From a virus (Duplodnaviria > Caudoviricetes): DNA of 53,642 bases. The stretch lies in the IMG/VR virus record IMGVR_UViG_3300020400_000008, positions 1 through 53,642 of that record. One strand, given 5' to 3'. This document shows, one piece after another, positions 51,285-53,642 of this stretch (the stretch's first letter is position 1; every line of letters begins with the position of its first letter). The position numbers were made by a program, and so were the translations under genes. The notes below the pieces were generated by a model. That model searched no databases and was not told the DNA's origin. It saw only the letters and a program-made list of their open reading frames with translations.

Positions 51285-53282
51285 ATGCCATCGACAGTGT
51301 ATAAGGGAGATTTGACCGAAGTCACATTCGGTCATGAGACGGGTGTGGTGCTACCGCACGACTACGCAGGATCATTCAAGTTCATCGCCAAGGCGGGGAA
51401 CCGCGACCTCGTCAAGGACACCAGCATCATCACCTTCAGCGGTGGTGCAGCATCTACCCCAGTCAATAATGGAATACTCGCGTTCCCCATAGGTATGCTC
51501 GTGGGCTCCAAGGTAGTCTTCAGCATCAAGAGCACTAGCCCTGAGTTTAGCACTGATGATGACTTCTCCGTCTCTGGTCGTTCCTACACCATCATCAAGC
51601 ATGCCGTAGTAAGCAGCGCGACAGAATTGACCATCACACCCGCATTGAAGGTGGATCATAGTAGCGCAAAGGAATCAAAGACGAATGATGTCATGGAGAT
51701 CCTACCGTTCGCAACACCGTCGATGGACGTGTCGATGACCTACAATGCGACCGCCTCCAGCAGCGCAGAGCGAGTACTGACGGACCAGTTCGTAGGACTC
51801 GTCAACACGATATCACTACCTGAGACGAGGGTCGATCTCAAGAGGTATCACGTCGTTGGCCTAGGCCGTGACGTGGCCGTTCAGGTTCCGGGTAGGTTCC
51901 TCAACACGGGTGGTAGTTTCGAGTCCAACATGCACAATGCCAGATGGATGTACTACTGTCTCGGACATGAGGCGACCTCCGCCACTGGTGGGACGCTCCA
52001 GACAGGAGGGGCTACGTTCCTGACCGATGCCGTCATTTCACAAGGCGACTCCTCATTCACGTACGATGGTGGCTCATCCGCCCCTACGATAAACGGTGCA
52101 AGCCCAGCAGCAGTCGGTGCTGGTGATTACGTCATAATCGCTGACACCAACACCACCGACATAAAGACCTACAGGGAGACCGCGAGTGACGGGACATGGC
52201 CCACCAATGGAGCGAATTCAATATTGAGCAAGGCTGTCAAGCAAGAGATACGCAGGATCGTGGCTATATCAGACTCCTCCGGGTCAGGTAGGATATGGGT
52301 CGATGACCCACTGAACTTCTCCCACGCCGATAACACCAGCATCAAGTTCCTGAAGTATGAGGCTGACAGCACAAGGGGCAGCCCCCACATGACCACCACG
52401 AACACCAACTACGGGCTGATAACGAACCCAGTCGAGCGCATACTATTCTCACGTACGAATATCCCATCGTTCGCCATGGAGGTCAGCATAAGGAGGAGGG
52501 ACACTGACAGCAACGAGGGGACGACCGATGGGTCGAACAGCGACTCCAAGCAACTCACACGAGTCTTTCGTGGGTGCAAGGTGACGAGTTTCAACCTCAC
52601 AGCGGACACTGATGCGGCACTGAGGCTGACCGTCGACTTCGACTCGGCACTTGTCTACACGGACACTGGGAGACTCGAAACGGGTACCAAGGGTGACAGG
52701 TACGACACGCACAGGCTCTTCGAGGACACTGCCAACACCGAGGTGAAGAGGAAGGAGTCAGGCATCGCCAAGAGGACCCAGAAGCCCTTCATGTTCTACA
52801 ATGGGATTATTACAGTGGCAGGAGTACAGGTCGGTCAAGTCGTCAGTTTCAACCTCAATGGCACCACTGGCGTCCAGCAGTACTACACCGTCAATGGCGC
52901 GAACGTCGCTGACTCCGAGACGGACCAAGTCCCCTTTGCTGGGACACGCAACCCATCTCTGGCAGTCGAGGGCAAGACTGAGTATGACTTGGAGATGGAG
53001 ATCATCGTTGACGACCCGGTTTTCTACCACAAGATGAGAAGGGCAGTGGACCACTACGACGACGACACCAGCGACACCACCGATGCCGATATGATACGAC
53101 TGTCCTTCACCAAGCAGGGTGCAGGTGCAACGAGGGAGTCAATCGACATCGTGATGGACGACTACTTCATCGTAGAGGCCCCTTTGCCCATACCCGAGGA
53201 CAAGGGCCCCTTGCGATCCACCTTGAAGATACTTCCAAAGACGGTACACGTTATAGCCAAGGACACGCTGATGCATAGTTGA
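51285..53282 (+). CDS. putative major tail (tube) protein with insertion domains
   Basis: EVTFGHET, PSFAMEV, RVFRGCKVTSFNL, PFMFYNG and VVSFNL pattern; T/S/G-rich. Confidence 0.65.
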   Translation: MPSTVYKGDLTEVTFGHETGVVLPHDYAGSFKFIAKAGNRDLVKDTSIITFSGGAASTPVNNGILAFPIGMLVGSKVVFSIKSTSPEFSTDDDFSVSGRSYTIIKHAVVSSATELTITPALKVDHSSAKESKTNDVMEILPFATPSMDVSMTYNATASSSAERVLTDQFVGLVNTISLPETRVDLKRYHVVGLGRDVAVQVPGRFLNTGGSFESNMHNARWMYYCLGHEATSATGGTLQTGGATFLTDAVISQGDSSFTYDGGSSAPTINGASPAAVGAGDYVIIADTNTTDIKTYRETASDGTWPTNGANSILSKAVKQEIRRIVAISDSSGSGRIWVDDPLNFSHADNTSIKFLKYEADSTRGSPHMTTTNTNYGLITNPVERILFSRTNIPSFAMEVSIRRRDTDSNEGTTDGSNSDSKQLTRVFRGCKVTSFNLTADTDAALRLTVDFDSALVYTDTGRLETGTKGDRYDTHRLFEDTANTEVKRKESGIAKRTQKPFMFYNGIITVAGVQVGQVVSFNLNGTTGVQQYYTVNGANVADSETDQVPFAGTRNPSLAVEGKTEYDLEMEIIVDDPVFYHKMRRAVDHYDDDTSDTTDADMIRLSFTKQGAGATRESIDIVMDDYFIVEAPLPIPEDKGPLRSTLKILPKTVHVIAKDTLMHS

Positions 53283-53291
53283 GGGATAGAG

Positions 53292-53642
<351 letters not shown>

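Overview
The window is part of a tailed dsDNA virus genome (HK97-type head). The host is probably an archaeon, and a Marine Group II/Poseidoniales virus (magrovirus-like) is the best guess. That assignment is an inference from GGTGA-type ribosome-binding sites, TATA-like boxes about 25 nt before start codons and the gene content. There are two divergent arms. The left arm (minus strand, 1-17070) is an early or host-takeover region divided by seven copies of a conserved 22-bp motif (AATTCATACTTAAAGGAGCAAA on the coding strand). It encodes ArdA, a DUF932 protein, a HARP/SMARCAL1-like SNF2 ATPase, a Myb-like protein, an adjacent PPDK-like dikinase and Cys-phosphatase, and nine tandem paralogous 'MIDTDKY...APLLLEEVKRL' cassettes. 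A repeat-rich non-coding switch region lies at about 17070-17600. The right arm (plus strand) encodes HMG-CoA lyase, modular proteins sharing an 'F-D/E-x-A-W-x-L-L-K' tag (one ADP-ribosyltransferase-like), a second ART-like fusion, and a membrane-protein/small-GTPase cluster. The morphogenesis genes follow: terminase, LAGLIDADG nuclease, portal, a 1911-aa protein with a degenerate DNA ligase domain, prohead protease/scaffold, major capsid protein, and neck and tail proteins. All family calls are by-eye motif recognition and no searches were run.
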